The notes: generated by a model not told the origin, from the sequence alone. Positions 28,344 through 37,614 are shown, numbered from the stretch's first letter. The stretch: 64,000 nucleotides of DNA from Candidatus Omnitrophota bacterium (GCA_030681595.1 JAUXSB010000055.1:64364-128363); one strand, 5' to 3'. Numbers and translations are program-made.

Positions 28344-28589
28344 ATGATAAAAGAAGAACCCCAAGAGACAAAGTGGTATTTTAAAACTTTCTGGATCGTT
28401 ACTGCTTTATTAAGCGTAGGCCCGTTAGCCCTGCCTTTAGTCTGGCTAAACTCACGTTTTAGCCAGAAAAAGAAGGTAATCGTAACCATAATAGTTATTA
28501 TTTTAAGCTGGTATTTAGGCTCTTTGCTTATTAATTCCCTGAAATATTTAAAACAATATTACGGGTTAATTTTGCAGAACAATTTTTAA
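28344..28589 (+). CDS. Small membrane protein
   Basis: Two predicted TM helices. Preceded by a family-1 intergenic repeat. Confidence 0.3.
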   Translation: MIKEEPQETKWYFKTFWIVTALLSVGPLALPLVWLNSRFSQKKKVIVTIIVIILSWYLGSLLINSLKYLKQYYGLILQNNF

Positions 28590-28778
28590 CTGCTTTAGAA
28601 GATTGCGGAGTGTAAGAAGAAAGAAAAACAGGTACTCTGTTTTGACCTTACCCCCTAAAACAGTACCACTTTTAATTGGACAACCGGCATGGTAAAACAA
28701 CTAGCAAGGAAATCAAGGGACAAAATCAAGGGACACAATGCTGAATTCCGAGAAATTCCGTAAAATTTCGCTGCCCTC

Positions 28779-28833
28779 CCAGAATTTATTTATAGCTGAA
28801 ATATTACCAAATAGTTAAGCAGTTCTGATACGA
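28779..28833. repeat. Family-1 intergenic repeat (full copy): cagaa..agaatttatttatagc...aaatagttaagcagttctgatac
   Basis: Near-identical to 43935..43992. Half-copies at 28291..28315, 29574..29605 and 36414..36430. Confidence 0.75.
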
Positions 28834-28847
28834 GTTTTTTCTTAAAG

Positions 28848-29483
28848 ATGATAAAGAAGTGGATAGACATATCGGTTACGATTAAAAACGGAATGGCCCG
28901 CTGGCCGAGCGATCCTCCGGTTTTGATTAAGCAAACCAAAAATATAGATACAGGGGATAATGATAATGTTTCTTTTCTTTCGATGGGATCGCATACCGGA
29001 ACACATATGGATGCGCCTCTTCATTTCATGCCTAAAGGCAGAAGTTTAGATAAAATGCCGCCAGACGCGGCTATCGGGGTGGCGCGTATTATCCCAATCA
29101 AAGATAAGGTAAGCATCAAGCCGGATGAATTACGTAAACATCGTATCGGCCCGGGAGAGCGGATACTTTTTAAGACTAAAAATTCAACATACTGGAAGAA
29201 GGGCAGTTTTAACAAAAGCTTTGTTTATATTTCCAAAGAGGCGGCAAATTATCTTGTGTCGGTAAGAGTGCGTGCCGTAGGCGTGGATTATCTTTCGGTG
29301 GGAGGATATCATAAAGATGGCGTCCAGACGCATCAGAAACTGCTTAAAGCAGGCATTTGTATTATTGAGGGGTTGGATCTTTCCGGTATTAAGCCGGGAA
29401 AGTATGATTTAATCTGCCTACCGCTAAAAATATTGAATTCAGACGGCGCTCCCGCAAGGGCAGTTATCCGTAGACGAAAATAA
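28848..29483 (+). CDS. Cyclase-family protein (kynurenine formamidase-like)
   Basis: GSHTGTHMDAPLHF is the HxGTHxDxPxH cyclase-family motif. Confidence 0.75.
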   Translation: MIKKWIDISVTIKNGMARWPSDPPVLIKQTKNIDTGDNDNVSFLSMGSHTGTHMDAPLHFMPKGRSLDKMPPDAAIGVARIIPIKDKVSIKPDELRKHRIGPGERILFKTKNSTYWKKGSFNKSFVYISKEAANYLVSVRVRAVGVDYLSVGGYHKDGVQTHQKLLKAGICIIEGLDLSGIKPGKYDLICLPLKILNSDGAPARAVIRRRK

Positions 29484-29880
29484 TCCGAAATAATTTGTAT
29501 TGTAACTCCTTTACGAGTTGAAACACATAAAGATGTGGTATAGTTATTTTTTAATTCCGAAAAAATTCAATATCAGAACTCAGAATTTATTTATAGCTTT
29601 AATACGAAGTAGCCCTTTAGGTAAGATTTTTCGGAGAGAAAGGGATGGTTAAATATAACCGTCCCTTTTTTGCTTAAAGTTAAGTTTGAGCGTGTTCCAA
29701 AATGGAACATGCTGCCACGGACGGGAAAGTCTATTATTTTTTAAATCCTTCGAAGAAAGCTCTCGTTTTTTAAATAGTCAAACTTAACAGAATAAAAGCG
29801 ATTCTTCTACTTTTTTTTGCCAGTTTTTGGTATAATGAAGTTTATTGTAGTCATGGTTGACTGTTTGGATAAGGGCGGTT

Positions 29881-30456
29881 ATGAAAAATAAAGCGGTTTA
29901 TATCATAGCAGGGCCAAATGGAGCGGGTAAGACGACTTTTGCTAAGTTATTTCTGCCTGACTATGTGAATTGTCCAAATTTTGTAAATGCTGATCTTATC
30001 GCTCAAGGATTAGCCCCGTTTGAGCCTCGCGCCGCAGCTATTAAAGCCGGCAAGCTCGTGCTGCAAGAAATCCATGAATATGCCAGACGTGGTTTTGATT
30101 TTGCTTTTGAAACGACATTGTCCGGTAAAACTTATGCAGGCTTGCTTGCAGAGTTAAAATCGAAAGGTTATGTGTTGCATCTTTTTTTTCTCTGGATTCC
30201 CAGTCCGGAATTAGCAATAGCCCGTATTAAAGATCGCGTCGCAGAAGGCGGGCATAATGTGCCTGCGGAAGACGTGCGGAGAAGATTCACTCGCGGTGTA
30301 AATAACTTTTTCAACCTATATGAGCCATTACTTGATTCGTGGATATTATTTGATAATTCAAAGGTAAAACCTATATTGATCGCGAAAAGACGAAACAGTC
30401 ACAGAGAAGTGATTAATGATAATTTATTTACAATGGTTCAAAGAAGCAAGAGGTAA
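29881..30456 (+). CDS. Zeta-toxin / COG4185-type P-loop kinase
   Basis: AVYIIAGPNGAGKTTFAK Walker A at the N-terminus. About 190 aa. The track ORF starts 24 nt upstream. Confidence 0.55.
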   Translation: MKNKAVYIIAGPNGAGKTTFAKLFLPDYVNCPNFVNADLIAQGLAPFEPRAAAIKAGKLVLQEIHEYARRGFDFAFETTLSGKTYAGLLAELKSKGYVLHLFFLWIPSPELAIARIKDRVAEGGHNVPAEDVRRRFTRGVNNFFNLYEPLLDSWILFDNSKVKPILIAKRRNSHREVINDNLFTMVQRSKR

Positions 30457-30459
30457 TAA

Positions 30460-30612
30460 ATGAAAAAAAGAATGTCTTTGCAGGATAAGGCGGAAGCCGC
30501 ATTAAAAAAAGCGGTGCGGGGAGTTATCGAGCGGCACAAGATAACAGGCCGCCCACTCGCGGTATGGAAAAATGGCAAGACCATCCGCATTTCACCGAAT
30601 ACGGTTAAGTAG
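30460..30612 (+). CDS. Small 50 aa ORF directly after the zeta-like kinase, a possible antitoxin-type partner
   Basis: ATG 4 nt after the kinase stop. Encodes MKKRMSLQDKAEAALKKAVRGVIERHKITGRPLAVWKNGKTIRISPNTVK. Absent from the ORF track because it is under 60 aa. Confidence 0.3.
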   Translation: MKKRMSLQDKAEAALKKAVRGVIERHKITGRPLAVWKNGKTIRISPNTVK

Positions 30613-30637
30613 GATACTTTTATAAGATTTCTACATA

Positions 30638-30760
30638 AAAAAGGGAATGGTTAAACACAGCCGCCCATTTTTTTGTTTCTCATTGGTTAATGAGGTTGGA
30701 AAATAGCCAAAAGAGAGTAAAATATGTAGAAGTTAGGAAGTTCTGTCACTGGTTTATTAT
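30638..30760. repeat. Family-2 repeat: hairpin with conserved loop (tggttaaacacagccg) plus about 80 bp of conserved downstream sequence
   Basis: Aligns by eye with 33202..33312. Shared blocks are aaaagggaNtggttaaNcacaNcNg, (g/t)gaaaatNg and aaaagagagtaNaat. A partial third copy lies at 29644..29700. Confidence 0.65.
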
Positions 30761-30776
30761 TTAAAGGAGGTTTAGC

Positions 30777-30896
30777 GTGGCAGTAAAAAAAGTCGGAGAA
30801 AAATATCGGTGCAATGTTTGCGGCAATGAAGTTACCGTAACAAAAGTAGGCGGCGGAGAACTTGTTTGTTGCGGCCAGCCGATGGAAAAGACATAG
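30777..30896 (+). CDS. Desulforedoxin (Fe(Cys)4 mini-rubredoxin)
   Basis: GTG start 7 nt after a perfect RBS aaaggagg. The 39 aa product [33 protein letters not shown] has the desulforedoxin CxxC...CC motif and spacing. Confidence 0.7.
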   Translation: MAVKKVGEKYRCNVCGNEVTVTKVGGGELVCCGQPMEKT

Positions 30897-30927
30897 AAGA
30901 TAAAAAAAATTTCAACAGGAAAAAACA

Positions 30928-31692
30928 ATGAAAATAAAACGTATTTTTAACTGGCAGGTTTTTTTATGTATCTTATTGATCGCCCTATCCGCGCTTGTTT
31001 ATTTTATCCATTATTTGGTCTTTAGGGATCTTCACCATATTTTAATATATCTAATCGGAGATATTGCGTTTGTTTTCATTGAAGTAATGCTGGTAACGCT
31101 GGTTTTGCATCAGTTGTTGCACTATAGGGAAAAAAGGGTTTTGCTGAATAAATTAAATATGGTTATCGGCACTTTTTTTACCGAAGTAGGAACTGAGTTG
31201 CTGAGAATCTGTTCTGCTTTTGACCAAAATACTGCCAATGTCACGCAGTATCTTGTTGTAAATAACGATTGGTCGGATAAAGAGTTCGCGAGGGTAAAAA
31301 AACATATCGAAAAACACGAAGCGCAGATTGACAGTAAAAAAAATGGCCTCGGCGAAATGAAAAAATATTTAGTCGCCAAGCGGCAGTTTTTGCTGAATTT
31401 ACTGGAAAACCCCAATTTACTGGAACATGAATCATTTACAGACTTACTCTGGGCAGTTTTTCATTTAACCGATGAATTAGCTTATAGAATAGACTTCAGC
31501 CGATTGCCCGAAACAGACTACCAGCATCTTTCCGGCGATATCAAAAGGGCTTATTATCAATTAACCGTTCAGTGGTTAGCTTATATGAAACACTTAAAGC
31601 AATCTTACCCTTATCTTTTTTCTCTAGCAATGCGGACTAATCCGTTTGACCCTAACGCTAAGGTAGAAGTAGGCAAGATTGATGAAAAATAA
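30928..31692 (+). CDS. Hypothetical membrane-anchored protein
   Basis: Two N-terminal TM helices and a soluble C-terminal domain. No motif recognised. Confidence 0.4.
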   Translation: MKIKRIFNWQVFLCILLIALSALVYFIHYLVFRDLHHILIYLIGDIAFVFIEVMLVTLVLHQLLHYREKRVLLNKLNMVIGTFFTEVGTELLRICSAFDQNTANVTQYLVVNNDWSDKEFARVKKHIEKHEAQIDSKKNGLGEMKKYLVAKRQFLLNLLENPNLLEHESFTDLLWAVFHLTDELAYRIDFSRLPETDYQHLSGDIKRAYYQLTVQWLAYMKHLKQSYPYLFSLAMRTNPFDPNAKVEVGKIDEK

Positions 31693-31728
31693 CATATAGG
31701 GCGGTTTTTTAAACAAAAGGAGGGTTAT

Positions 31729-33162
31729 ATGAAAAAGAAATATCTTACCACTAATCAGGGAGTACCGGTTAGCGATAATCAGAATTCGCTGACTGTCGGC
31801 AGGCGCGGGCCGGTTTTGCTGCAGGACGTGCATTTTATCGAGAAGATGGCTAGCTTTGACCGTGAAAGAATCCCGGAGCGGGTGGTTCATGCCAAAGGCG
31901 CGGGAGCGCATGGTTATTTTCAGGCTAATAAGAGCATGGCAAAATATACCACGGCAAAATTCCTTCAGGATCCAAAGAAGAAAACTCCGGTATTCGTACG
32001 ATTTTCCACGGTGGTCCAATTCAGAGGGTCTGCGGATACTGTTCGTGATCCGCGAGGGTTTGCGGTGAAATTTTACACCGAAGAGGGTAACTATGATCTG
32101 GTGGGGAATAATCTTCCGGTGTTTTTCATCCGTGATGCCATCAAGTTCCCGGATATGGTCCATGCCTTTAAGCCTGCTCCGGATACCAATATCGGTAACG
32201 ACGCTCGTTTCTGGGATTTTATTTCCCTGACCTCGGAATCCACGCATATGATTACTTGGCTGCATTCTGACCGGGGCACAGTCAAAAGTTACCGTAAGAT
32301 GGAGGGATTCGGGGTGCACACCTATAAGTGGGTGAATGCCGATGGTCGCGCTATCTATGTTAAATATCACTGGAAACCCAAGGCCGGGATAGAAACGATT
32401 GACCGCCACGAGGCTGCCCGTTTAACCGGAAAAGACCCGGATATTGCCACGCGTGATCTTTATGATACCATTGCATCCGGAAAAACAGTTACCTTTGAAT
32501 TAAAAGTTCAGATTATGGAAATCGCCGACGAATTAAAACAGGACTTTGATCCGCTTGACCCGACAAAGACCTGGCCGGAAGATAAATTTCCATTGATGGC
32601 TGTAGGCAAGATGGTGTTGAATCGCAACCCGAAAAACTTCTTTGCCGAAGTTGAGCAGGCCGCATTCTGTCCTGCGTCGCTGGTTCCGGGGATCGAGCTT
32701 TCAGCCGACAAACTCCTGCAAGGCAGAGTATTCTCCTATGCGGATACTCAGCGGCATAGACTCGGTGCAAATTATTTGCAGCTTCCTATTAATCGGCCTC
32801 TGGCGCAAGTAAACAATAACCAGCGCGACGGAGCGATGCAATATGCTATCCCAGAGGGGACGGTCAACTATGAGCCAAATTCTTTGGCTGGCGGTATGCC
32901 TTGCGAAGCACCTACCGGAACTGCGGCAGATTACTATCTTGAAGGAAACGCGGTGCGTCAGAAGGTCAGTCTTACCGACGATTTCACACAGGCAGGCCAG
33001 CGTTATCACTCGCTTAGCAAAAAAGACCAGAGTCATCTAGTGGACAATATCGTTGATTCTTTGCAGAAAGCCACTAAATCTACCCAAAAGCGCATGGTGG
33101 GGAACTTAACCAAGGCCGACCCTGATCTGGGTAAGCGAGTAGCTAAGGGGATAAAAATTTAA
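31729..33162 (+). CDS. katA: Monofunctional haem catalase
   Basis: FDRERIPERVVHAKGAGAHGYF, RFSTV, and the RVFSYADTQRHRLG proximal-Tyr region are all canonical. 477 aa. Confidence 0.9.
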   Translation: MKKKYLTTNQGVPVSDNQNSLTVGRRGPVLLQDVHFIEKMASFDRERIPERVVHAKGAGAHGYFQANKSMAKYTTAKFLQDPKKKTPVFVRFSTVVQFRGSADTVRDPRGFAVKFYTEEGNYDLVGNNLPVFFIRDAIKFPDMVHAFKPAPDTNIGNDARFWDFISLTSESTHMITWLHSDRGTVKSYRKMEGFGVHTYKWVNADGRAIYVKYHWKPKAGIETIDRHEAARLTGKDPDIATRDLYDTIASGKTVTFELKVQIMEIADELKQDFDPLDPTKTWPEDKFPLMAVGKMVLNRNPKNFFAEVEQAAFCPASLVPGIELSADKLLQGRVFSYADTQRHRLGANYLQLPINRPLAQVNNNQRDGAMQYAIPEGTVNYEPNSLAGGMPCEAPTGTAADYYLEGNAVRQKVSLTDDFTQAGQRYHSLSKKDQSHLVDNIVDSLQKATKSTQKRMVGNLTKADPDLGKRVAKGIKI

Positions 33163-33202
33163 TTCAAGAAGAGAGATTAGGTTAAAGTAATCAAGCCGGA
33201 TA

Positions 33203-33240
33203 AAAGGGATGGTTAAGCACAACTGTCCCTTTTTACTTTT
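33203..33240 (+). terminator. Rho-independent terminator after catalase; member of a conserved-loop hairpin repeat family
   Basis: aaaaggga-tggttaagcacaactg-tccctttttactttt. Confidence 0.6.
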
Positions 33241-33372
33241 TAGAGTCATTTTGGATTGAAAAATGGAGAAAAGAGAGTAGAATAAGACGTAGTTAGGGAG
33301 TTGCGCCGAAAGCAAAGCACTTGAAAATTTGCAACAAATTTTCTCGTAGTTTCAGCATTAATTCCGGCAGAT

Positions 33373-33401
33373 AATTTACGTAAATTGAATTTACGTAAAT
33401 T
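33373..33401 (+). promoter_or_regulatory. Two tandem copies of the perfect palindrome AATTTACGTAAATT; putative operator
   Basis: aatttacgtaaatt g aatttacgtaaatt lies 25 bp upstream of the ATG at 33427. Confidence 0.45.
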
Positions 33402-33426
33402 ATGCCGTCATTAAGGAGGGCGTAAA

Positions 33427-33831
33427 ATGGGATGTGGATCTTGTGGAGAAAAGGCTAAGGTGTCTAAATATGTATGCTCAAAATGCGGTAAAGAAGAAAT
33501 AAGGGAAGTAAAAGAAGAAGTAAGAAGCTGTTGCGGGCAGAATATGATAAAAAAAGAAGAGTACATCGATAAATTAGCCACACAGCTAAAAGAATGGAAT
33601 GCCAAGATTAACCTTTTGAAGGATAAGGCGGCAAAAGGAACAGCTGATATAAAAATCGCGATAAATAAAGATGTTGAAGTATTGAACAAGAAGATGAAAG
33701 ACGCCCAAGTCAATCTCCATGAATTAAAAGGAAAAAGCGGCGATGCATGGAAAGTTTTTGCAGAAGGGGCCGGTAAGTCCTGGAATGATTTAAGAGAAGC
33801 CGTGCGCCAGGCCGGGGAGAAGTTTAAATAA
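33427..33831 (+). CDS. Desulforedoxin-like Cys4 domain fused to a coiled-coil C-terminal region
   Basis: YVCSKCGKEE...SCCGQNM reproduces the CxxC...CCG(Q)xM pattern of the desulforedoxin at 30777. Confidence 0.45.
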   Translation: MGCGSCGEKAKVSKYVCSKCGKEEIREVKEEVRSCCGQNMIKKEEYIDKLATQLKEWNAKINLLKDKAAKGTADIKIAINKDVEVLNKKMKDAQVNLHELKGKSGDAWKVFAEGAGKSWNDLREAVRQAGEKFK

Positions 33832-34124
33832 ATTGGGAATTATGTTGTAACTTATTATAATGATTTAAGTTACGCAGAAACGACACGGTTTTTCTTGCAG
33901 AGATGGGAAAAGGTTGAGGCATTTAAACACCCCCGAGGTGGCCGCAGGTCTCCTCGGGGGTGGCGAAGCGCGGTTAAGTAGGGATTAGATACGTGCTCTC
34001 GGAATTATTTCTTGGCTAACTTCTAAAGTTGAGGTCTGACCCCGTTTGCATATGTCCCCCGATTTTCGTAGTTAAGCAGTTTGATGTGAGGTTTTTAGCC
34101 TTGAGAATCTAGGAGAATTTTTTT

Positions 34125-35282
34125 ATGGAAATGGAAAGAGAAATACTAGTCAATAAGGAGGTATTGAAATGGGCCCGGGAAAGTAAGCGCCTCGAAATTG
34201 AGGACGTTGCTTATAAGCTTAAGCAAGATCCTGCACTTATCAAAGAGTGGGAGGAAGGTATTAGAGCACCTTCGTATGCACAACTGGAGAAATTGGCGTA
34301 TGATATTTACAAACGTCCACTGGTTGTTTTTTTCTTTAATGATGTTCCAGAAGAAAAGAACTTGAAAGCAGACTTTAGAACTTTACCAGAAGGGATCATT
34401 GATGCATTTAGTTCTGACTTAATCAAATATATAAGAGAAGCGAGAGATAAGCAATTTGTTTTAAGAGAGCTATTCCCTAGCGGAAACCCAAGTAATAAAT
34501 TTTTGCTAACTCGATTTCAACCCGATAAATCAAATCCAGAAAAGACCGCTCATGCTTTGAGAAACTTTCTTAAAATCTCATTTGAGGTGCAAAAAAGCTT
34601 TAAATCAGCAGAGGCAGCATATCAGCATTACCGAGACCTTCTTGCAGAATATGGTGTTTTTGTGTTTCAATACCCTATTGATCGAAATGAAGCTAGGGGT
34701 TTTTGTCTTTACGATGAAAATTTTCCCGTAATACTTGTTAGTTCTAAGGAGCGTGAAGCTAGTTCAAGAATATTTACTATTTTTCATGAGGTTGCGCATC
34801 TAATTTTTAAAACTAGTGGTATTACGACCTGGGATGATCAAATAGGCTTTAGAAATAAACAAAGTGAGGAAATAGAAGTTTTTTGTAATAAATTTTCTGC
34901 CGATTTTTTAGTTCCAAAAAGTTTTCTTATTGAACATTCTCTTGTCAAAAGTAAGAAAGGAAAAAGCTGGGAATTGGATGAGTTAAGAAAAATTGCCAAT
35001 GAACTTAATGTGAGTATTGAAGTAATATTTCGAAGGTTGTTAGATTTAGGATGGGCTGATAAGAAAGAATATGAAGCATACAGAACGCATCCTTACCAGA
35101 TACGGAAATTAACCGGTGGTCCAAGTTACGCCGTTAAAACAGTGTCTCAATTAGGATCTAGCTTTATTAGAGTAGTTCTAAATTATCTGTACAGCGGTAA
35201 AATTACACCGTATCAAGCGTCAGGCTATTTAAAAGTCAAGGCAAATAATATGGGTAAAATTGAAGCTATTGTTTTTACTTGA
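34125..35282 (+). CDS. XRE-HTH plus ImmA/IrrE (COG2856, DUF955) zinc metallopeptidase
   Basis: N-terminal HTH. HEXXH motif IFHEVAHLIF in the central domain. Confidence 0.75.
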   Translation: MEMEREILVNKEVLKWARESKRLEIEDVAYKLKQDPALIKEWEEGIRAPSYAQLEKLAYDIYKRPLVVFFFNDVPEEKNLKADFRTLPEGIIDAFSSDLIKYIREARDKQFVLRELFPSGNPSNKFLLTRFQPDKSNPEKTAHALRNFLKISFEVQKSFKSAEAAYQHYRDLLAEYGVFVFQYPIDRNEARGFCLYDENFPVILVSSKEREASSRIFTIFHEVAHLIFKTSGITTWDDQIGFRNKQSEEIEVFCNKFSADFLVPKSFLIEHSLVKSKKGKSWELDELRKIANELNVSIEVIFRRLLDLGWADKKEYEAYRTHPYQIRKLTGGPSYAVKTVSQLGSSFIRVVLNYLYSGKITPYQASGYLKVKANNMGKIEAIVFT

Positions 35283-35755
35283 GGATTATGAATAAATATG
35301 TATTTGATACTGGCGTCTGGGTGGTGCTCTTCCGACATTATCCCGAATCAACGTTTTCAGGATTATGGGAAAAATTTGATTTAATGGTTTCAGGTGGGCG
35401 CATACTTTCGTCATCTGAAGTTTTACGGGAGTTAAAATCATACGAGGATTTAATTTATCAGCAAGCTAAGGATATTGATCATGTATTTTTGAAGCCCTCT
35501 AGTGAGGAGTTAATAGTAATCAAGGATTTAGCAAATAAATATAAATATCTCGTGTCTGATCGAAATATTAATAATGGTTCACCAGTCGCAGATTGCCACG
35601 TGCTTGCTTTAGCAAAAGTAGTAGAAGGGACAGTTGTTACGACTGAGCGCTTTAAGCCAAATTCGCAGAAAATACCGAATATCTGTGATAAGCTGGGGAT
35701 AGGCTGTTTAGATTTACATAAATTTTTTGCGCAAGAGGAGTGGAAGTTTGTTTAG
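35279..35755 (+). CDS. DUF4411-like PIN-fold protein
   Basis: YVFDTGVW N-terminal acidic motif and SPVADCHVLALA block. ATGA overlap with ImmA. Confidence 0.55.
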   Translation: MRIMNKYVFDTGVWVVLFRHYPESTFSGLWEKFDLMVSGGRILSSSEVLRELKSYEDLIYQQAKDIDHVFLKPSSEELIVIKDLANKYKYLVSDRNINNGSPVADCHVLALAKVVEGTVVTTERFKPNSQKIPNICDKLGIGCLDLHKFFAQEEWKFV

Positions 35756-35843
35756 GGTTTTAGAAACACAACATTTAATTTATGATCTATCGGGACATAT
35801 AGAGACAAAGAATTATGATATTTGTTCCTCTGATTAAAAAGTC

Positions 35844-36398
35844 ATGCCCAAAATTGATTTTGCAGAAATAAAAGATCTATTATCTAAAGGACAATACCAA
35901 AAAGCTATGCTTAATACGCATGATTTTGTCCAGCTGGCTCTCTATCAAGTAATTATTTCTGCGTTATGGTTTTTAGGGGAGACCAAGAAGCTTCATATAT
36001 ATCTTCAAAAATATATGGGAACATTTAAGGTCTCTACTTTTAAATGCCCTGAGATTGAAGAGGCTTATCAGCTAGGTCTTATTTCAAAAAATGAGAAAGA
36101 TTTTATTAAAAAGCTAAAAAAATTTAGAGATTCGCAGGGTGTTGCGCATCATAGCATTTATTTTGATAAAGAACTCGAAGAAAATTTAGATAAAAAGAGA
36201 GAAGTGGAGAATTTTATATATGAAAGTGAAAAAATTATACCAATTTTATTAGCTAAATCTAATAAAATTGGTATAAGCCATATGCAGGAAGGTTTTAATT
36301 TGATAGAAAGCGGTAAAATAAAAGTGGGTGACATTATTAAATTCGGCCATTCTAAAGAAGATTTATGTAATATATTGAATCCCGGAAGCATTATCTAA
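35844..36398 (+). CDS. Hypothetical protein (184 aa), no recognisable domain
   Basis: ORF with an RBS. It sits between DUF4411 and the SIR2-like gene with 88 and 35 bp gaps. Confidence 0.35.
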   Translation: MPKIDFAEIKDLLSKGQYQKAMLNTHDFVQLALYQVIISALWFLGETKKLHIYLQKYMGTFKVSTFKCPEIEEAYQLGLISKNEKDFIKKLKKFRDSQGVAHHSIYFDKELEENLDKKREVENFIYESEKIIPILLAKSNKIGISHMQEGFNLIESGKIKVGDIIKFGHSKEDLCNILNPGSII

Positions 36399-36433
36399 TT
36401 CATTAATACCATTCCAAATAGTTAAGCATATCT

Positions 36434-37561
36434 ATGGAATCTAAACGTATATACATTCTTGGGGCGGGTAGTTCAATTGCGCATAGTAAAGGCGATTTTC
36501 CTTCTATTAAACAATTCTTTATTAAGGCCAGAGAGGAAGGCGCTGATATAAAGCAAGATTTCGGACAAATAGTAGCGTATATTAAAAAAATAACCGGAAG
36601 AAATATTGCAACTGGAAAAGCCATCTTAGATATCGAAAGCTTATTCACAAACCTTGAAATTGACATAGAAAAGAGGACTACGCCTACGTTACTTGAAATA
36701 AGGCAGCAGCTTCTTATGATTATTAAGAAAGTCCTTTATCTTAAAGAGAGAAAAATGCCTCGGTTAAATGGTGACTATAATAATTTTTCCAGATTATTAA
36801 ATGTATCTGATACCATTATTACCTTTAATTGGGATTTGTTACTAGATAATGTTATGGGGCGTGAAAGTACGCTGGGGGCAGGAGTGTCAGAAGCAGAAAA
36901 TGTTTCTTCTTGTCGACCGCAATTAATCGGTCAATATAACGAATTTATATATAACATATCTGCTTACAGTGAGCGTACTATAGGTTGTTTATCTCCCAAC
37001 TTACCCTATAATAAATGGAACTTAAAAAAAGGGGTTTATTTGAAGTTGCATGGTTCTATTGATTGGTTTTATTGTTTGAATGAAAAATGTAGAGCCGTAA
37101 ACAAAGTTTTTCCTTTGTTGCAACCGTTAGATAAATATTTTTGTTCAGAATGCCATGAGTCGCTCGAAACATTATTAATTCCTCCTGTTCTAAATAAGGA
37201 TTATCGACGTTCGCCATTCATTCGTAAAATTTGGAATATTGCAGGTAAAGAGCTTTCATCGGCTAGCGAAGTAATAATATGGGGGTATGGTTTGCCGCCA
37301 ACTGATTTTTATGCTACTTGGCTTCTACGACAAGCCAGAACTGATTTTCTTAAGAAACTTGTTATCATTAATCCACGTGTTATTTCAAAAAAGGGAAGAT
37401 TGCAAACTAGTTTTGTCCGAAAGATATACAACATTTTTCTTGGTGTAATAAAAAAAGGTGATTTATGTCTATATGAATCTTTTAGCGATTTCACGGAAGA
37501 AAAAGATGTATTAGTAAAATATGAGTTAGGGGATAAAAAAGAGGCTTATAAATCAATATGA
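36434..37561 (+). CDS. Stand-alone SIR2-like (sirtuin-fold) protein
   Basis: IYILGAGSS Rossmann start, ITFNWDLLLD (cf. TTNxD), LKLHGSIDW (HG motif), and the Zn ribbon CLNEKC...CSECHE. Confidence 0.65.
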   Translation: MESKRIYILGAGSSIAHSKGDFPSIKQFFIKAREEGADIKQDFGQIVAYIKKITGRNIATGKAILDIESLFTNLEIDIEKRTTPTLLEIRQQLLMIIKKVLYLKERKMPRLNGDYNNFSRLLNVSDTIITFNWDLLLDNVMGRESTLGAGVSEAENVSSCRPQLIGQYNEFIYNISAYSERTIGCLSPNLPYNKWNLKKGVYLKLHGSIDWFYCLNEKCRAVNKVFPLLQPLDKYFCSECHESLETLLIPPVLNKDYRRSPFIRKIWNIAGKELSSASEVIIWGYGLPPTDFYATWLLRQARTDFLKKLVIINPRVISKKGRLQTSFVRKIYNIFLGVIKKGDLCLYESFSDFTEEKDVLVKYELGDKKEAYKSI

Positions 37562-37614
37562 GTAAATAAAGGAGCAATTCCATTCTTTCTAAAGATTACT
37601 ACTGAATTAATTTT

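Noticed and set aside
31624-32409. 261 aa minus-strand ORF
   Set aside because: It lies entirely inside the canonical catalase gene on the + strand. Its translation has no motifs and an odd composition, so I treat it as an antisense artefact.
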